From contig CAWEJX010000021.1 of assembly GCA_963809485.1 (NCBI GenBank), positions 64,001 to 128,000 of the forward strand: a stretch of 64,000 bases of DNA. The letters run 5' to 3'. Numbering within the stretch: position 1 is the first letter of the stretch; each line of letters begins with the position of its first letter. This document shows, piece by piece, positions 39,821 through 50,666 of the stretch. The notes below the pieces were generated by a model. The model searched no databases and was not told where the DNA came from. It saw nothing but the letters and a program-made list of their open reading frames with translations. The DNA comes from an uncultured Acidobacteriota bacterium. GTDB lineage: Bacteria > Acidobacteriota > UBA6911. The position numbers and the translations under genes are program-made.

Positions 39821-41953
39821 ATGGCTACCAGGACTGCCACTCCAAGACCCAAACAGCTGGTTCCTCAGAATGAACCTGCTTCACTGCTTCCCGAAAAGCT
39901 TGTCAGATCACGGCCGCTCTTTGATACTGAGATCGTGATGCGTGCCATCCGTGCATCCTTTCTGAAACTGAATCCGGTCACCCTGGTGAGGAATCCAGTG
40001 ATCTTCGTGGCTGAAGTCGGCGCTGCCCTGATCACAATGTTCCTGATTCGTGATTTCATCACAGGCGGTTCGGGAATCGGGTTCTCATTCCAGATCTCCC
40101 TATGGCTCTGGTTCACGGTGCTGTTTGCCAACTTTGCTGAGGCAATGGCCGAAGCACGCGGAAAGGCTCAGGCTGACGCTCTCCGGAAAACAAAAACGGA
40201 TGCGCCGGCAAAGAAGTTGGGATCCGGTGGGAAGGTATTGCAAGTCCCCAGTTCCGCATTGCGAGCCGGGGATGTGGTGCTCTGCGAGGCGGGCGACCTG
40301 ATTCCGGGAGACGGAGAGGTGATCGAAGGTATCGCAACGGTTGATGAATCCGTGATTACGGGTGAAAGTGCACCCGTCATTCGCGAATCGGGAGGTGACC
40401 GCAGCGCCGTGACCGGCGGCACCAAGGTGCTATCGGACAAGATCAAAGTCCGTATTACCTCAAATCCGGGAGAAACGTTTCTGGATCGCATGATTGCACT
40501 GGTCGAGGGCGCGGAGCGGCAGAAGACTCCCAATGAAATCGCCCTGAATATCCTGATCGCGGGCCTGACTCTGATATTCCTGCTGGCGGTTGTTACGCTC
40601 CAGCCTTATGCGGTTTTCAGCGTTGCGCAATCAGGCAGGGGAACGGTTCCGAGCGTGACTGTTCTGGTTTCTTTGCTTGTCTGTCTGATACCTACGACCA
40701 TCGGGGGGCTTTTATCCGCCATCGGCATCGCCGGCATGGACCGGGTCATGCAGCACAACGTGCTGGCGCTTAGCGGCAAGGCGGTTGAAGCTGCGGGAGA
40801 TGTCAACTCTCTCCTGCTGGACAAAACCGGGACCATTACGCTCGGGAATCGGCAGGCTGTTGAGTTTCTTTCCCGTTAACGGCATCAGCGCAGCCGAACT
40901 GGCGGATGCCGCTCAATTGTCCAGCCTGGCTGACGAGACGCCCGAAGGCCGTTCCATCGTTGTGCTTGCGAAAGAGAAATATGGCCTTCGGGGCCGGCAT
41001 ATTCCCGGAAGATGACGCGAATTCATCCCCTTCTCTGCCTTTACGCGCATGAGCGGTGTCGATTTCGAAGGGTCGCCGCCTTCGGAAAGGAGCCACGGAT
41101 GCAATCTGCAAATATGTGCGCGAAAACGGGGGACAGGTCGCCGGCGATATCCAGGAAATGAGCGATCGAATTGCGCGCAATGGAGGAACCCCGCTTGCCG
41201 TGGCCGACGGAAAACGGTTGCTTGGGATCATCCATTTGAAAGATATCGTGAAGGGCGGAATGAAGGAACGGATCAGCTCAACTGCGACGCATGGGCATTC
41301 GCACGGTCATGATTACCGGCGACAATCCGCTCACCGCGGCCGCAATCGCAGGCGAGGCCGGCGTGGATGATTTTATTGCGCAGGCAACACCAAAAGCCAA
41401 GCTCGATTACATCAAAAAAGAGCAGGCAGCCGGCCGGCTTGTCGCGATGACGGGGGATGGCACCAACGATGCCCCGGCTTTGGCGCAGGCCGACGTCGGG
41501 CTCGCGATGAATACCGGCACAATGGCTGCGAAGGAAGCAGGCAATATGGTGGATCTGGACAGCAATCCGACCAAGCTTATCGAGGTTGTTGCCATCGGGA
41601 AGCAGTTGCTGATTACCCGTGGTGCTCTGACTACTTTTTCCATCGCCAACGATATTGCCAAGTATTTCGCAATCATTCCCGCCATGTTCATGACGACCTA
41701 TCCGGCCCTCAGCGCACTAAACATAATGGGGTTGCACACTCCGCAGAGCGCGGTACTTTCAGCAGTGATCTTCAACGCGCTGATCATCATCGCGCTGGTT
41801 CCGCTTGCGCTGCGCGGGGTGAAGTATCGTCCCGTCGATGCCGCCGGCCTGCTGCGCCGGAACCTGCTGATCTATGGGCTGGGCGGAATCATCGCTCCTT
41901 TCCCTGGAATTTGGCTTATTGATCAAATCGTTCATGCGCTGGGCTGGGCCTGA
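39821..41953 (+). CDS. kdpB: KdpB P-type ATPase (several frameshifts 40870-41290)
   Basis: [50 protein letters not shown]. Confidence 0.93.
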
Positions 41954-41964
41954 TTGGAGAAGAT

Positions 41965-42597
41965 ATGCTAAAGCAATTGGTCCCCGGATTCCGAATTGCT
42001 CTGGTTTTGACAATCCTCACGGGCGTGCTTTATCCCGGCATCGTGACCGGGCTTTGCCAATTGCTTTTTCGCCAGCAGGCAAATGGAAGTCTGATTGTGA
42101 AGGATGGCCGTGTTGCTGGTTCCAGCCTCATCGGCCAGAACTTCACCCGGCCGGAATATTTCCATCCGCGTCCTTCTGCGGCAGGCAGCGATGGATATGA
42201 TGCTTCATCCTCCGGAGGATCGAATCTGGGTCCGACCAGCCGGAAACTGATCGATCGTATCAAGCGCGATATTGAGGTGTTCCGCAAAGAGAATCCCGAA
42301 TATCAGGGCCCGATTCCGGCTGATATCGTGACCGCATCCGGCAGTGGCCTGGATCCCCACATCAGTCCGGCATCCGCTCAGGCACAGGCGCTTCGAGTCG
42401 CAAAGGCCCGCGGAGTGTCGGCAGATCAGGTGAACCGGCTGATCGCGCAAAATATCGAAGCCCCAACGCTGGGATTCCTCGGGGATGCGCGGGTGAACGT
42501 ATTGAAGCTTAACCTTGCGCTTGACCGCATTTCCCATCGTCCGGCGCTTCCGTTGCAGGGCTATAATCCTATTTATGAGCCGCAAAATTCGACGTAA
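41965..42597 (+). CDS. kdpC: KdpC
   Basis: [51 protein letters not shown]. Confidence 0.93.
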   Translation: MLKQLVPGFRIALVLTILTGVLYPGIVTGLCQLLFRQQANGSLIVKDGRVAGSSLIGQNFTRPEYFHPRPSAAGSDGYDASSSGGSNLGPTSRKLIDRIKRDIEVFRKENPEYQGPIPADIVTASGSGLDPHISPASAQAQALRVAKARGVSADQVNRLIAQNIEAPTLGFLGDARVNVLKLNLALDRISHRPALPLQGYNPIYEPQNST

Positions 42598-43661
42598 GAC
42601 ACCCGATGAATTGCTGCATGAATTGCAGCCCGAAAGCTCAGGCGCGAAAGGTCACCTGAAGATATTCCTCGGATATGCATCGGGCGTCGGCAAATCATTC
42701 CGGATGCTCGATGAAGCGCGCCGGCGCAAAGAGAGAGGGCAGGACGTTGTGGTGGGGGCAGTTCAGCCGGAAGGTCTCGCCGGAAGTTCAGAAGCTATTG
42801 GATAGGCTTGAGATCGTGCCCCTGATAAAATATCCCGTCGGGCATATCCATGGATATCGACGGCATCATGACGGCGACATCCTGCCGTCTGTGTCATCGA
42901 TGGCCTCGCCTTTAACAATCCTCCGGGACTCCGCAATCCAACCCGCTGGCAGGATGCACGGGATCTGGTGAATGCCGGAATAAAGGTTCTCGGGTCCATC
43001 AACATTCAATACGTGGAAGAATTGTGCCAGACGGTGGAAGAACATAACCGGCAAACATGTGACTGAAACCGTGCCTGTATCCTTCATAAAGAGCGCCGAC
43101 GAAATTGAAATCGTGGATGCTCCGCCAGAAGAGCCGATCGAGAGATCGCCGGAGCAACAGACGAAGACAGAGGTTCGCCAGCAACAGCTTTCTGTTTTGC
43201 GGGAATTGGCCCTCGTTCTGGCGGCAGATGTTGTCGATTGCCAGCTGAGCGATTATCTGGAGAAGCACGGAATAAGGCAAAGCTTCGGAGCACAGGAAAG
43301 AATTCTTGTCTGCATCACCCCGCGCGCGAATGCCAGGGAGATGATCGAAACTGCCCGAATGATTGCGGAAAAATTCCATGCGGAAATGACTGTGGCCTAT
43401 GTGAAACAGGCGGAGCTTTCAGAAGAAGATCAAGCGGCGCTTGAAGAAAAACTTGCGCTGGCAAGGTCGGCAAAAGCACAGATAGAAATTCTGGAAGGAG
43501 AGGATGCGGTAGAGGCGATACTCCATTATGCAAATTCCCATGCCATTACGCAGCTCTTCGTCGGGCACACTCAGAGCACAAGAAAATGGCCCTGGAGTGA
43601 TCCGGTCGAGAAACTGATCCGTCGATCGCATGGTATGGATCTGCGCATCTTTCCACAGTGA
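42576..43661 (+). CDS. Soluble KdpD N-terminal + Usp protein 1 (frameshifted)
   Basis: [45 protein letters not shown]. Confidence 0.8.
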
Positions 43662-43674
43662 GTCAACGGCATCC

Positions 43675-44788
43675 ATGACGAATACAGATCGTGGGAAGCT
43701 GAAACTTTACATGGGATATGCGGCGGGCGTCGGAAAGACCTACAGGATGCTCGAAGATGCCCAGGCGCTTAAGGCTCAAGGTGTAGATGTCGTCATCGGC
43801 TATTTTGAACCTCATGGCCGTGCAGGCCACGATTGAAAAAACCGAAGGACTGGAGACCGTTCCAAGGGCAAAAGTACATTATCGAGGATCGGTGTTTGAG
43901 GAGATGGATACGGACGCCATCCTGGATCGGCGTCCCCTCTTATGCCTGGTCGACGAGTTTGCCCATACCAATGTTCCAGGATCTTCCCGCACTAAACGCT
44001 GGGAGGATATTGAAATATTGCGCGACGCCGGAATCGATATCTGGACGACTATGAACATACAGCACCTGGAAAGCCTGAATGATCAGGTCCGGCAGATCGC
44101 GGGAATCCGGGTGCGGGAAACTGTTCCGGATTGGGTTGTGCAACAGGCCGACGAGGTCGTCATTATCGATCTCTCACCCCGGGCGCTCCTGCATCGCCTG
44201 GAAAGGGGAGTGATTTACGGCCGGGAAAATGTGGAACGCGCCCTGCAGAACTTCTTCCGTGAATCCACGCTGGTGGCCCTCCGGGAATTGGCGCTGCGCG
44301 AAACCGCCCTCGAGATAAAGCAACGCGTGATCAAGGATGAAGCCGCAACGATCCCGAAGTCCTCCGATCCGAATCAGGCTGGAAATCACAAAATTCTGCT
44401 GTTTTTGACTGCAGATCCGAGCACCGCAATGCTGATCCGCCGTGCCAGGCGTGTCGGAGATTTCCTGGGGGCCGAATGCTTTGCCGTGGCAGTAAACACT
44501 ACAGCTGATTTGAACCGGATGACAAATTCGAACCGGGAAGCCATCGAGCGGCATGTGAATTTTGCGCGCAATATGCGGATTGAAACCCGAATACTCGAGG
44601 GAAATGATCCGGCCCAAACACTGATAGATTTTGCGCATGAGAATCATATAACGCAGATCTTTATCTCACGCTCCCGAAAGGCATCCCAGGCTGTTTTTTC
44701 ACAGCGGGGATTGCTGCAGAAGATCGTTCGCCTGGCCAGGGATATGCAGATTGTCATCGTCTCCGAGCGGGAATCCGCAACAGAGTGA
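43675..44788 (+). CDS. Soluble KdpD N-terminal + Usp protein 2 (frameshift near 43820)
   Basis: RGKLKLYMGYAAGVGKTYRML, LVDEFAHTN, KRWED, TTMNIQHLESLND, VRETVPD, Usp C-terminus. Confidence 0.85.
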
Positions 44789-45037
44789 CCCGCCGAAAGC
44801 ATATTTTCCTGGACCTTTGCATCCGCAGTCAGCGTTCGCCGGCGCATTTTCAGCCTGTTTCGGCATTTGAGTCGTGGAGCGGTCCAACCCCATAAGCCGC
44901 CGGCTGGTTCAATCGCCTCTGTACTCGAGCAGATCGCCCGGCTGGCATTCAAGCTCGCGGCAAAGCGCCGCCAGTGTGGAGAAACGGATAGCGCGCGCTT
45001 TATTGGTTTTGAGAATGGTAAATCTGGCTGCGTTGCA

Positions 45038-45205
45038 TAATTACATTGGTAAACCCCCGGCTCTCCCGGGGGACTCAAAGAGTTTGACAGCTCCATATTT
45101 TGAAACGCCGAGAAACGCTGACAAAAGCGCTGACAAACGCCGATTTGTTCGGCGAGGGTCGGCGAGCAAAAGCCGGTGAGGCGCTTCCGATGGAGTTTTC
45201 TGCGG
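45038..45205 (+). mobile_element. Half copy of the long-form IS200/IS605-derived element (copy 6)
   Basis: TAATTACATTGGTAAACCCCCGGCTCTCCCGGGGGACTC... closely matches the reverse complement of 17078-17244. Confidence 0.75.
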
Positions 45206-45295
45206 TATATTCCCGATATCCGTATCGGATAAGCACAACCGGCAATTTCCGGCAGCGCCGGTGGATTGCCGATTCACCTATTCAAGGAGCGGCCT

Positions 45296-45982
45296 TTGCC
45301 CAACGGGATCGGCACATTGAATGAGAAGCCGCTGCACGCAGCCTTGAAGCAGTGGTATGCACAGCCTGAAGATCTGATAGAGGTTCCCGTAGACGGATTC
45401 ACGGTGGATATCGTCCGGGGCGATCTGCTGATTGAAATACAGACGCGCAACCTGTCGACCATCCGGCACAAGCTGACAACCCTGGCGGCGCAACACCGTT
45501 TGCGGCTGGTTTACCCGATGGCGCGAGACCGCTGGATTGTGCGCCAGTCCGGGAACGGCCGTCGGACGCTCGGCCGGCGCAGGTCACCCAAGCGCGGCGC
45601 TTTTGAACTTGTATTTGAGGAGTTGGTGAGCATCGCGGGACTGCTTGCCCATCCCAACTTTTCGCTCCAGCTGGTGCTTATTCAGGAGGAGCAAGTCCGG
45701 CGCCGGGACACCTCCGGCAGCTGGCGGCGAAAGGGGTGGGCCATGCACGAGCGGCGGCTGATCGAGGTTGTAGATCAACGGCTGTTCGAAACGCCCCAGG
45801 ACATGCTGGCGTTCATCCCAGACGCCCTGGCGGAGCCCTTCACCACGGCGGACCTCGCCGAAGCAATCGGCCATCCCGTCTGGTTCGCGCAAAAGATGGC
45901 TTATTGCCTGCGTACAATGGGAGCCATCGCCTTTGTTGGCAAACGCGGCCGAAGCATGCTTTACATTCGGGCAGCCGCGTGA
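45296..45982 (+). CDS. Conserved hypothetical PD-(D/E)XK-like protein
   Basis: IGTLNEKPLHAALK, EVPVDGFTVDI...IEIQT, C-terminal wHTH-like PFTTADLA. AAGGAG RBS before TTG. Confidence 0.75.
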   Translation: MPNGIGTLNEKPLHAALKQWYAQPEDLIEVPVDGFTVDIVRGDLLIEIQTRNLSTIRHKLTTLAAQHRLRLVYPMARDRWIVRQSGNGRRTLGRRRSPKRGAFELVFEELVSIAGLLAHPNFSLQLVLIQEEQVRRRDTSGSWRRKGWAMHERRLIEVVDQRLFETPQDMLAFIPDALAEPFTTADLAEAIGHPVWFAQKMAYCLRTMGAIAFVGKRGRSMLYIRAAA

Positions 45983-46087
45983 CATTTTGCTTCAATGGCT
46001 GAAGGATAGTTATTGTCTGCCGAAAATGATAAAAAAGGCGCGAGCGCTCATTGCATTGGAGCGGACTCGTCAATATAGGGAAAGACA

Positions 46088-46264
46088 ATGCTCGGCGATG
46101 ATGAGATTATGGCGATCGGCTTAACATTTTTGCTTTGGCTTTCGGCGCTCGTGCTCTTCGTGTTTCGAAGGCGCCGGACAGCAGGAGTGATCGCCGCGAT
46201 CGCCATCGCGGCGACGATGGCCACGCTGCTCCTTTTGCGCGCAGGAACGGGCCACAGGGGCTGA
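46088..46264 (+). CDS. Small two-TM membrane protein (58 aa)
   Basis: Manual translation MLGDDEIMAIGLTFLLWLSALVLFVFRRRRTAGVIAAIAIAATMATLLLLRAGTGHRG. Confidence 0.45.
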   Translation: MLGDDEIMAIGLTFLLWLSALVLFVFRRRRTAGVIAAIAIAATMATLLLLRAGTGHRG

Positions 46265-46824
46265 CATGCTTGGTGCGGTCTGAAGCGTACCAACAGCGAG
46301 GGATCGAAGCTTTATGCCGGGTCGCCGCACGATCGAGCGCCCCAAACACCCGGTTCGAGTCAAGTCACAAAGGATTCTGAAGTATGAAAAACCTTGATCA
46401 GTCGTTGGGCCGGTTATTGTGGCGGTTTTTTGCTGTACTCGCGTTTCTGGCGTTCGCGGGGTGTGCGGTATTCGGCGCAATTGTTTTGCGCGCCGGGCAT
46501 TTTCCGGGAATCCTGGTATGGCTGCTGGGCGCGCTGTTTCTCTAGCTCGGCCGCCGGGCCTGGCGCGAAAAGGCGGGTCTGGGTGAATCGCTGAACCGGG
46601 ACTTCGCGCCCATGGCCAGGAGCAGCCGGAAGTCTCCCGGCGACGGTGAAAAGCCGCGCGCGCGAATGGGTCGGTAATCCGCCGGAATCCGGTGCCTGCA
46701 GAAACATGCAGCGCCGGCATTCGCGGGCAGAGACGCTGACAAACATTGATTCCGGGGGTGAAGGTCAGCGTCATAAACCGACAGGGCACTAACGATGGAG
46801 CGCTCTGCGGCCCCTCGAACCGGA

Positions 46825-47790
46825 TCAGCCGATCTCTTCGATTTCTTCCGGGCTTAGCCTGAAATCCGCGGCGCCGATGACGCCATCCACCTGAGAAGGG
46901 CGGCGCACTCCGACGATTGCCCCGGTGACTGCCGGATGCCGCAGCGTCCAGGCGACTGCAACTTCACCCGGCGAACGCCCATGCCTCAGACCGATCCTGC
47001 GGAGCTTTTCGACCAGCAGCAGATTCTGCGTCAGCTTCGGTTCCCGGAAATCCGGATTTTGCCGGCGCCAGTCATCCTGGGGCAGCGATTCAATGCGTTC
47101 GCGCGTCATTGCGCCTGTAAGCAATCCCGATTGCATCGGAGAATAAACGATGACCCCGATATTGTGCGACGCGCAATAGGGCAGGATTTCATTCTCGATC
47201 CCGCGCGATACTATTGAATAGGGGGGTTGAAGAGAACTGATCGGCGCGATCGAACGAATGCGCTCCATTTGGGCAACGCTGAAGTTGGACACCCCGATAT
47301 GCTGGACCTTCCCTGCTCTTTTCATGTCCGCCAAAGTGCTCCACGCCTCTTCAATGCCGGGGGCGGACCCGCCTTCCGGAGCAAATGAAAAATCGGGCCA
47401 GTGAATCTGGTAGAGATCGATTGCTTCCGCGCGCAGCCGTTTGAGGCTTGCCTCGAGTTCCTTCCGCAGTGAAGCCGGTTCGAGGTTATGGGCAATTCTC
47501 CCCTTCTCATCCCATACGAGGCTGCATTTGGTAAAAACCAGGGGTTTTCGGGATGGCGGAATTTCGGCCAGGGCTCTCGCGACAATCTCTTCCGAATGCC
47601 CCAATCCGTAAGCGGCTGCCGTGTCAATCCAGTTAATACCAAGGTCCAGGGCACGGTGGATTGCGGCAATGGACTCCCCGTCATCCTGCGGCCCCCATGC
47701 GAAGGCCCATCCGCCGCCCCCCATCGCCCATGCCCCAAGGCCAATGGAAGTGATTTTGTATCCGGTATTACCCAACAATCGATTTTCCAT
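46825..47790 (-). CDS. Aldo/keto reductase
   Basis: IGLGAWAMGG, DTAAAYG, IDLYQIHWP, IGVSNF, YSPMQSGLL. Confidence 0.95.
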   Translation of the reverse strand: MENRLLGNTGYKITSIGLGAWAMGGGGWAFAWGPQDDGESIAAIHRALDLGINWIDTAAAYGLGHSEEIVARALAEIPPSRKPLVFTKCSLVWDEKGRIAHNLEPASLRKELEASLKRLRAEAIDLYQIHWPDFSFAPEGGSAPGIEEAWSTLADMKRAGKVQHIGVSNFSVAQMERIRSIAPISSLQPPYSIVSRGIENEILPYCASHNIGVIVYSPMQSGLLTGAMTRERIESLPQDDWRRQNPDFREPKLTQNLLLVEKLRRIGLRHGRSPGEVAVAWTLRHPAVTGAIVGVRRPSQVDGVIGAADFRLSPEEIEEIG

Positions 47791-48097
47791 TTTTCCTCCG
47801 CTGGTGAAACAAAGGAAGGATCGTCCTCAATTTCCTCTCACGCGAAACAGTATAAATGGGCAGACAATGAAAATGAATGATATCCCTCTGACGGCAACTC
47901 TGAGCGATTTGGATGCGTTAACAAAATAAATCGAGCAAGGAATAATTTATCGGTGGCGCGGCAGACTCCCTATCCACGCATCAAAGCTGAAACTGATTGT
48001 CCCATCTGGTATGATTTTGGCATCGCTCCTGTAGTGACCGACCTTAATCCATACCGTGGGAGCCACGGAATCTGATTTCAAGCAGGGGAAACAAACC

Positions 48098-48817
48098 ATG
48101 GGGAAAAAATTTAGCAATATCGATCGCCGGGCCTTCATAAACAGTGCGGCACTGTGCCTGGCAGGCTCCGCCGCCCCTCCTGTCCGGCAGCTTTATGCCG
48201 GCCAGCTTCAGCCGACACCGCGTCAGACAGAAGGGCCTTTTTATCCGGATAAAATGCCGCCGGATACCGACAACGATCTTCTGATTATCAACGACAGATC
48301 TGCTACCGCGGCCGGCGCGATCACGTATCTGTCCGGGCGCGTCCTTGACATACGCGGCGAGCCGGTACGCAATGCCGTCGTCGAAATCTGGCAGTGCGAC
48401 AACAACGGCAGGTACATGCACATGGGGGACAATAATCCGGGAACCCGGGACATGAATTTTCAGGGGTTTGGCCGTTTCACAACCGGTCCGACCGGGGAAT
48501 ATTTCTTTCGTACCATCAAGCCGGTGCCCTATCCGGGACGCACACCCCATATACACCTCCTCGTCCGGGTGGGCGGAAAGCGCATGCTGACCACGCAGGT
48601 TTACATCAAGGGTTTTCCCCAGAACGAACGCGACTTCCTTTACCGCAGCCTCAGCGCGCCGCAACTGGCTTCGGCGGATTTCAAACCCCTCGCAGGCTCG
48701 GCACAGGGTGAACTGACTGCGCATTTTGATGTTGTGCTCAGCCCGGCGCCGGAAGACCCCAGAGAAGACCGGATGCGAGATATGGATCGTCCGCAGGGAA
48801 TGGGACGACGCGGATAA
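48098..48817 (+). CDS. Tat-exported intradiol ring-cleavage dioxygenase family protein
   Basis: DRRAFI signal, EGPFY, VEIWQCD, PYPGRTPHIH. Confidence 0.88.
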   Translation: MGKKFSNIDRRAFINSAALCLAGSAAPPVRQLYAGQLQPTPRQTEGPFYPDKMPPDTDNDLLIINDRSATAAGAITYLSGRVLDIRGEPVRNAVVEIWQCDNNGRYMHMGDNNPGTRDMNFQGFGRFTTGPTGEYFFRTIKPVPYPGRTPHIHLLVRVGGKRMLTTQVYIKGFPQNERDFLYRSLSAPQLASADFKPLAGSAQGELTAHFDVVLSPAPEDPREDRMRDMDRPQGMGRRG

Positions 48818-48872
48818 GAAGCGTGGGCCGCGGACTCCGGTTTTGGGAAGCAAGAAGATGGAGTGTGCCACG

Positions 48873-49451
48873 ATGCCGACACAACCTGCCAAACTGACGT
48901 TTCACCCTGTCACGCCAAACGCCTGGAAGGACTTTGAGAAGCTGTTCGGTCCGAACGGCGCCTGCGCCGGATGCTGGTGCATGTGGTGGCGATTATCGCG
49001 CGCGGAGTTCAGCAAAAGGCACTACGCAGGAAACAAGCGCGCCATGAAGAAGATTATCGTAACAGGTCAGGAACCGGGCATCCTTGCATACGCCGGGGAT
49101 GAACCGGTTGGCTGGTGTGCTGTCGCGCCGCGCGAAGCCTATCCCTCGCTGGAGCGCTCCACCGTCCTGCAACGGGTAGACGATCAGCCTGTGTGGTCCA
49201 TCACGTGCTTCTACGTGGCTCGCAGCTATCGCAAGCGAGGTGTGGCGCGGCAGCTGCTTGAGGCTGCCGTCAAGTTTGCCGCCAAGCGCGGGGCAATAAT
49301 TGTCGAAGGGTATCCCATTGATTCGGGCAATCAAAAGAAAAACCCCATATCCATCTTTACCGGTCTGGCCACAACCTTCGCGCAGAGTGGTTTCGCGGAG
49401 GTCGCGCGCCGCTCGCCCGGTCGTCCCATCATGCGCTATTTCATCAGGTGA
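48873..49451 (+). CDS. GNAT family acetyltransferase
   Basis: GCWCMWWR, VGWCAVAPR, ITCFYV...RKRGVA, VEGYP. Confidence 0.88.
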   Translation: MPTQPAKLTFHPVTPNAWKDFEKLFGPNGACAGCWCMWWRLSRAEFSKRHYAGNKRAMKKIIVTGQEPGILAYAGDEPVGWCAVAPREAYPSLERSTVLQRVDDQPVWSITCFYVARSYRKRGVARQLLEAAVKFAAKRGAIIVEGYPIDSGNQKKNPISIFTGLATTFAQSGFAEVARRSPGRPIMRYFIR

Positions 49452-49724
49452 TCGATCTTAAGCCGACAACCTCGAGCAAAACCCGAAAACGCCCGGGGCT
49501 CCAAGCCTCATCTTGGCAGCGGCGCGCCCATCGCGCCAATATCACGGCCTGCATTTCCCGCAGGATTTTCCCGGATTCTGCGGTTCGACATTCGAAATCC
49601 GATATTCAGAATTTCGCTGTGCCTATATTCCTGGTTGCTGTCAGAGCACCGGGGAAAAGGCATGTTCCGGCTCATGTCAAATGGATGCTGCCTCGCCGGC
49701 AGAGCCGATAGATTTCGCGAGCGA

Positions 49725-50666
49725 TTATGCCATCCTTTTTTCTTCGGTCTCGATCAACGCCACGAACACGTCTTCGAGCGAAGGCTGGATTTTTTCGATC
49801 CGCTGGATTTCTATGCCTTCGGCCTCGAGGCGCGTGCGGATGGTTTCCAGGCCGGCCTCGAGCTCATCCGCCGTCACGTGCAACCCCCCGCCGAACACCG
49901 CCACATCTCCGACACCGGGGGCCGTTTCCAGCGCCCGCATCGTTTCCAGCGGCGCCGAAGTGTCGAGCCGGATCAGCGTGCGGCTGCTCAGGTTTGCGCG
50001 CAATTCCGATGGAGCGCCCAGCGCAATCACGCGCCCCCGGTACATCAGTGCCAGGCGGTGACAGTACTCGGCTTCATCCATGTAATGCGTGCTGACGAAA
50101 ATGGTGTGGCCGGTGCGGGCCATTTCGCGGATGAGGTCCCAGAATGCCGAGCGCGCTATGGGATCGACTCCGGAAGTGGGTTCGTCCAGAAAGAGGATGG
50201 GCGGATCATGCAGGATGGCGCAACCCAGCGCCAGGCGCTGTTTCCAGCCGCCCGACAGAGTGCGGGTCATGGAATCGCGGCGCTCGGCCAGCCCGGCCAT
50301 TTCCAGCACATATTTCTTGCGTTCCCCGCGGCGCTCCCGGGCCACGCCGTACATCCCGGCGAAAAAGTCGATGTTCTGCTCCACCGTGAGGTCGTCATAA
50401 AGAGAGAACTTCTGCGACATGTAGCCGATGTTGCGGCGGACTTCCTCGGGATTCTGCGCCACATCCACGTTGCCCACCAGGGCCCGCCCGGACGTGGGGG
50501 TCAGCAGGCCGCAAAGCATCCGGATGGTCGTGGATTTCCCCGCCCCGTTCGGCCCCAGGAAACCAAAAATTTCCCCCTTCCCTATCCGCAGGGAAACCCG
50601 GTCCACCGCCACGAAAGCGCCGAAGGTTTTGACCAGTTCATCGGTTTCCACAGCCCAGCCGTTCAT
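49725..50666 (-). CDS. ABC transporter ATP-binding protein (YbhF-like)
   Basis: GPNGAGKS, GYMSQKFSLY, LSGG, FLDEPT, STHY. Confidence 0.93.
   Translation of the reverse strand: MNGWAVETDELVKTFGAFVAVDRVSLRIGKGEIFGFLGPNGAGKSTTIRMLCGLLTPTSGRALVGNVDVAQNPEEVRRNIGYMSQKFSLYDDLTVEQNIDFFAGMYGVARERRGERKKYVLEMAGLAERRDSMTRTLSGGWKQRLALGCAILHDPPILFLDEPTSGVDPIARSAFWDLIREMARTGHTIFVSTHYMDEAEYCHRLALMYRGRVIALGAPSELRANLSSRTLIRLDTSAPLETMRALETAPGVGDVAVFGGGLHVTADELEAGLETIRTRLEAEGIEIQRIEKIQPSLEDVFVALIETEEKRMA

Noticed and set aside
39821-41953. Programmed frameshifting in kdpB or larA
   Set aside because: Too many shifts, no consistent slippery sites, and the pattern fits sequencing indels.
46384-46545. 53-aa membrane ORF whose frame stays open after TAG
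   Set aside because: Most simply a TGG-to-TAG mutation or a short gene. No recoding evidence.
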